Positions 60,371 through 64,000 of a DNA stretch of 64,000 nt are shown here, in pieces (position 1 is the first letter of the stretch; every line of letters begins with the position of its first letter). The notes under the pieces are model-generated. The model searched no databases and was not told where the DNA came from. It saw only the letters and a program-made list of their open reading frames with translations. Position numbers and translations under genes: made by a program. Source of the stretch: Nageia nagi (taxonomy: Eukaryota; Plantae; Pinophyta); NCBI GenBank assembly GCA_050084985.1, contig JBITNC010000001.1, positions 44,330,001-44,394,000 on the forward strand. Reading direction: 5' to 3'.

Positions 60371-63300
60371 TCAACTAAAGGTGCAAAAAAAATAATAAGA
60401 TTCTTGATAACATAGTTCTACTAATCAATCCAACCATAATCATTAATGGGATAAGGGACAAGGTTATACATATTTTGAATGTAAAGCTTGATGGTAGGAT
60501 GGTGGATGAGGGAGGTGTTGAGATAGAAAGGTTATTTATAATTATGGATCTAATTACATATCATTATCTAAATATTTATATACTCACGATTTGTTTTGTA
60601 AATATTATATAAGATGAAGTTGCTACCTTTGGTAAAATACTCTTGTAATGTATTTAATAAAATTTCTTTAGTTGAAGCTCTATATTATTAAAATTCACTT
60701 CAATGATAGATTATCAATTAGAACTATGTAAGATGAAAGAAGTAAATTATTTATTACAATACATATGTAATGTGATACATTTACTTAATAATTGAGAGAT
60801 AAAAAATTAACATAGTTCAAATTGGTCTTTTAAGGTGATAACATATTATAAGACTTCAACCATACAAACAAGCAACAACACACACAACTAAGATAAAAAA
60901 TAAAAAATAGACCAAAGATTCTATGAATCCTATAAGAAGGTGCAAATGATTGATAAAGTATAATATTATTTGTAATTAACATTTAAAGCTAGAATTTATC
61001 CCCTTGCTCATATTTTATGATGCAAATTGGACCTTACCTAAAATATGTATCACTTATTATGATTCTAAGATTGAACTAAAAAGAATAATTAATTCTTAAG
61101 CCTAAAATAATATTTTAGTATTCAAGAACCCTTATTATAAAATTTTGGTGAATTTAGTCTACATTAATGTAAAAAGCTTCATGAATCTCCTCAAAACAAT
61201 TCAAAAATTTTAGTGACTTCTAGAGGAATTACAAAAAGGTGAAATATTTTGTAAAAATTTATAATGAAATGAGAAAAAAATAATATTACTAAATTAATCA
61301 ACAAATTTATTACTGATTCATTTCCATATTTATTATTGGGTTTTCAATAAATTTATTGATGTTTTCATAGAAAATTTCCTAATAAAAAATTTACCATGGA
61401 TCATTAACAAATTTATTACCAATCCAACATGTGTAGGAGTAGCTAAAAACTATCAAGTGGATAATGTAAGACTCCAGGTCACTCTCACAAATATATGCAT
61501 ATGTAACATGTGGAGTTTTTGTACAAACTTGTAACTCATAAAAAAAAAGAAAAACACATTATTACCAAATCATTAAAAAATTATATAAATAAACATTTTA
61601 ACAATAATGAAAATAATAAAAAATTATGATACCTCTAACATGATAATGTTCTTGATCAAGAATTGGTAAAATTCATTATATTAATTTTTTATTTTGTTAA
61701 TAAAAAATCAAAGATAAACATGACCCTTTTACCCAAAAAATCATAATTCAAAATAAAATAAATAAATACACACAATAATTTCTTAATTTATGTATCCAAT
61801 ATAAATCTCAATATACATTTTCACATCTTTAATAAATAAATAAATAATCAACTATTAATATTTTCTATATTACTTGTTCTAATTAATTTTTGTCTCTTAA
61901 TATTTATTTTATCAAGCATACTTTATACTTGATATTGATGTTTGGGAACCTAAATTAGATTAATTCCAAAATGTTTAGATCTCAAATATATATAATTGTA
62001 GAGAACATTAGATCTCTATGGTTAAAATTCAAAGCAAAGTTTTCATATATTTCATAAATTCCAATGGTTTTTAAATATTATCAACTAAAGGTGCATAAAA
62101 AATAATAAGATTCTTGATAACATAGTTCTAATAATCAATTCAACCATAATCATTAATGGGGTAAGGGACAAGCTTCCATTTATTTTGAATGTAAAGATTG
62201 GTGGTAGGATGGTGGATGAGGGAGGTGTTGAGATAGAAAGGTGATTTATAATTATGGATATAATTAAATATTTAGATACTCATGATATTTTTTGTAAATA
62301 TTATATAATATGAAGTTGCTACCTTTGGTAAAATATGGTAAAACATTCTTGAAATGTATTTAATAAGATTTCTTTAGTTGAAGCTCTATTTTATTAAAAT
62401 TTACTTCAATGATAGATTATCAATTAGAACTATCTAATATGAAAGAAATAAATTATTTATTACAATACATATGTAAAGTGGTACATTTACTTAATAGTTG
62501 AAGATAGGGGAATTGGAGAGGTTAGTAGTTCAAAGCTCTCAGATCTGAGGGATTTTGATGGTGTGGTGTGTAGAGAAAAAAACTCCAACAAAAAAAATGA
62601 TTCAATAATACAACAATTAACATAGTTCAAATTGATCTTTCTAGGTGATAGCATATTATCAAGGCTTCAACCATACAAACAAGCATCACATAAAACTAAA
62701 ATAAATAATAAAAATTAGACCAAAGATTCTATGAATCTTATAAAAAAGGTGCAAATGATTGATAAAGTATAATATTATTTGTAATTAACATTTAAATCTA
62801 GAATTCATCCCCTTAATTATTCTTTATGATGTAAGTTGGACCTTAGGAAAAATATGTATAACTAATTATGATTCTAATTTTGATTTAAAAGAATAATTAG
62901 TTCTTAAGCCTGAAATAATATTAATATGCATATGGTGATATTTAAGAACTCTTATTATCAAATTTTGGTGAATTTAATCTACATTAATTTAAAAAGCTTC
63001 ATGAATCTCCTCAAAACCAATTCAAAAAGCTTAGTGAATTCTAGAGGAATTACAAAAAGGTAAAATATTTTGATAAAATTTATAATTAAATTAGAAAAAA
63101 TAATATTACTAAATTATCCAACAAATTTATTATTGATTCATTTCCATATTTATTATTAAGTTTTCAATAAATTTATTGATACCTTCATAGAAAATTTCCT
63201 AATAACCAATTTACCATGGGTCATTAACAAATTTATTACCAATCCTAGTGCGTAGGGGAGTTGGAGAGAGGGGTAGCTGAAAACTCTCAAGTGAATAAGG

Positions 63301-63876
63301 AAAGGCTCCAGGTCCCTCTCACAAATATATGGATATGTAACATGTGGCATTTTTGTACAAACTTGTAACTCAAAAAAAAAAAAAAAAACCAAATCATTAA
63401 AAAAATATATAAACAAACATTTTTACAATAATGAAAATGATAAAAAATTATAAAACCTATCACATGATAATGTTCTTATCAAGAATTGCCAAAATTCATT
63501 ATATTTATATTTATATTTTATTAAGAAAAAATCAAAGATAAACATAACCCTTTTACCCAAAATACACACCATAATTTCTTAATTTATGTATAACAGAAAT
63601 CTCAATATACATTTTCACATCTTTAATAAATAAATAAATAATCAAGTATTAATAGTTTCTATATTACTTGCTCTAATTAGTTTTTGTCTTTTAATATTTA
63701 TAGTTATTGTATACTTTATACTTGATATTGATGTTTGGGAACCCAAATTAGATTAATTCCAAAATGTTTAGATCTCAAATATATATAATTGTAGAGAACA
63801 TTAGATATCTCTGTGTAAAATTCAAAGCAAGGTTTTCATATATTACAGAAATTCCAATGATTTTCAAATATTATCA
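60371..63876 (+). repeat. Tandem duplication, 2 x ~1.7 kb (60371-62080; 62081-63876)
   Basis: Both units start tcaactaaaggtgca..ataataagattcttgataacatagttcta and end ttccaatg..tttt.aaatattatcaa. Copy 2 has an extra ~115 bp at ~62500-62615. Confidence 0.93.
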
Positions 63877-64000
63877 AACTCACAAGAACTAACATAACGT
63901 GTTGATTCAATTTGCAACTGAATTAACGCTTAAATCTCTTTGCTACAAACAAGGCAACCCCCACGAAAAGACTACCTAGAACTATCGGTCTTATCAGCCG

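Overview
This is AT-rich eukaryotic (seed-plant) nuclear DNA. It is probably gymnosperm; the strong AT bias and CpG loss in repeats would fit a gnetophyte such as Welwitschia, but that is inference only. Two host genes are recognisable: a six-exon SAP30-like/AFR histone-deacetylase-complex subunit (CDS 12858-16676, 221 aa) behind a CpG-rich 1.7-kb upstream/leader island, and an intronless PP2C (49159-50088) that lacks several catalytic residues and has a tail-anchor-like ORF one base out of frame. The rest is decayed transposable elements: a CRM-like chromovirus, two Tat/Ogre-type Ty3/gypsy elements (one with an extra archaeal-type RNase H, one with an antisense Plant Mobile Domain), a non-coding LARD-like LTR element with internal minisatellites, an internally deleted copia with an ATATA TSD, LINE relics and a MITE. 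Two copies of a ~1.1-kb non-autonomous CACTA element carrying a captured PPR-gene fragment are nested inside gypsy elements. There are also two ~1.7-kb tandem duplications and a hairpin whose arm matches a nearby copia element, possibly filler DNA. All calls were made by eye from motifs; no database search was run.
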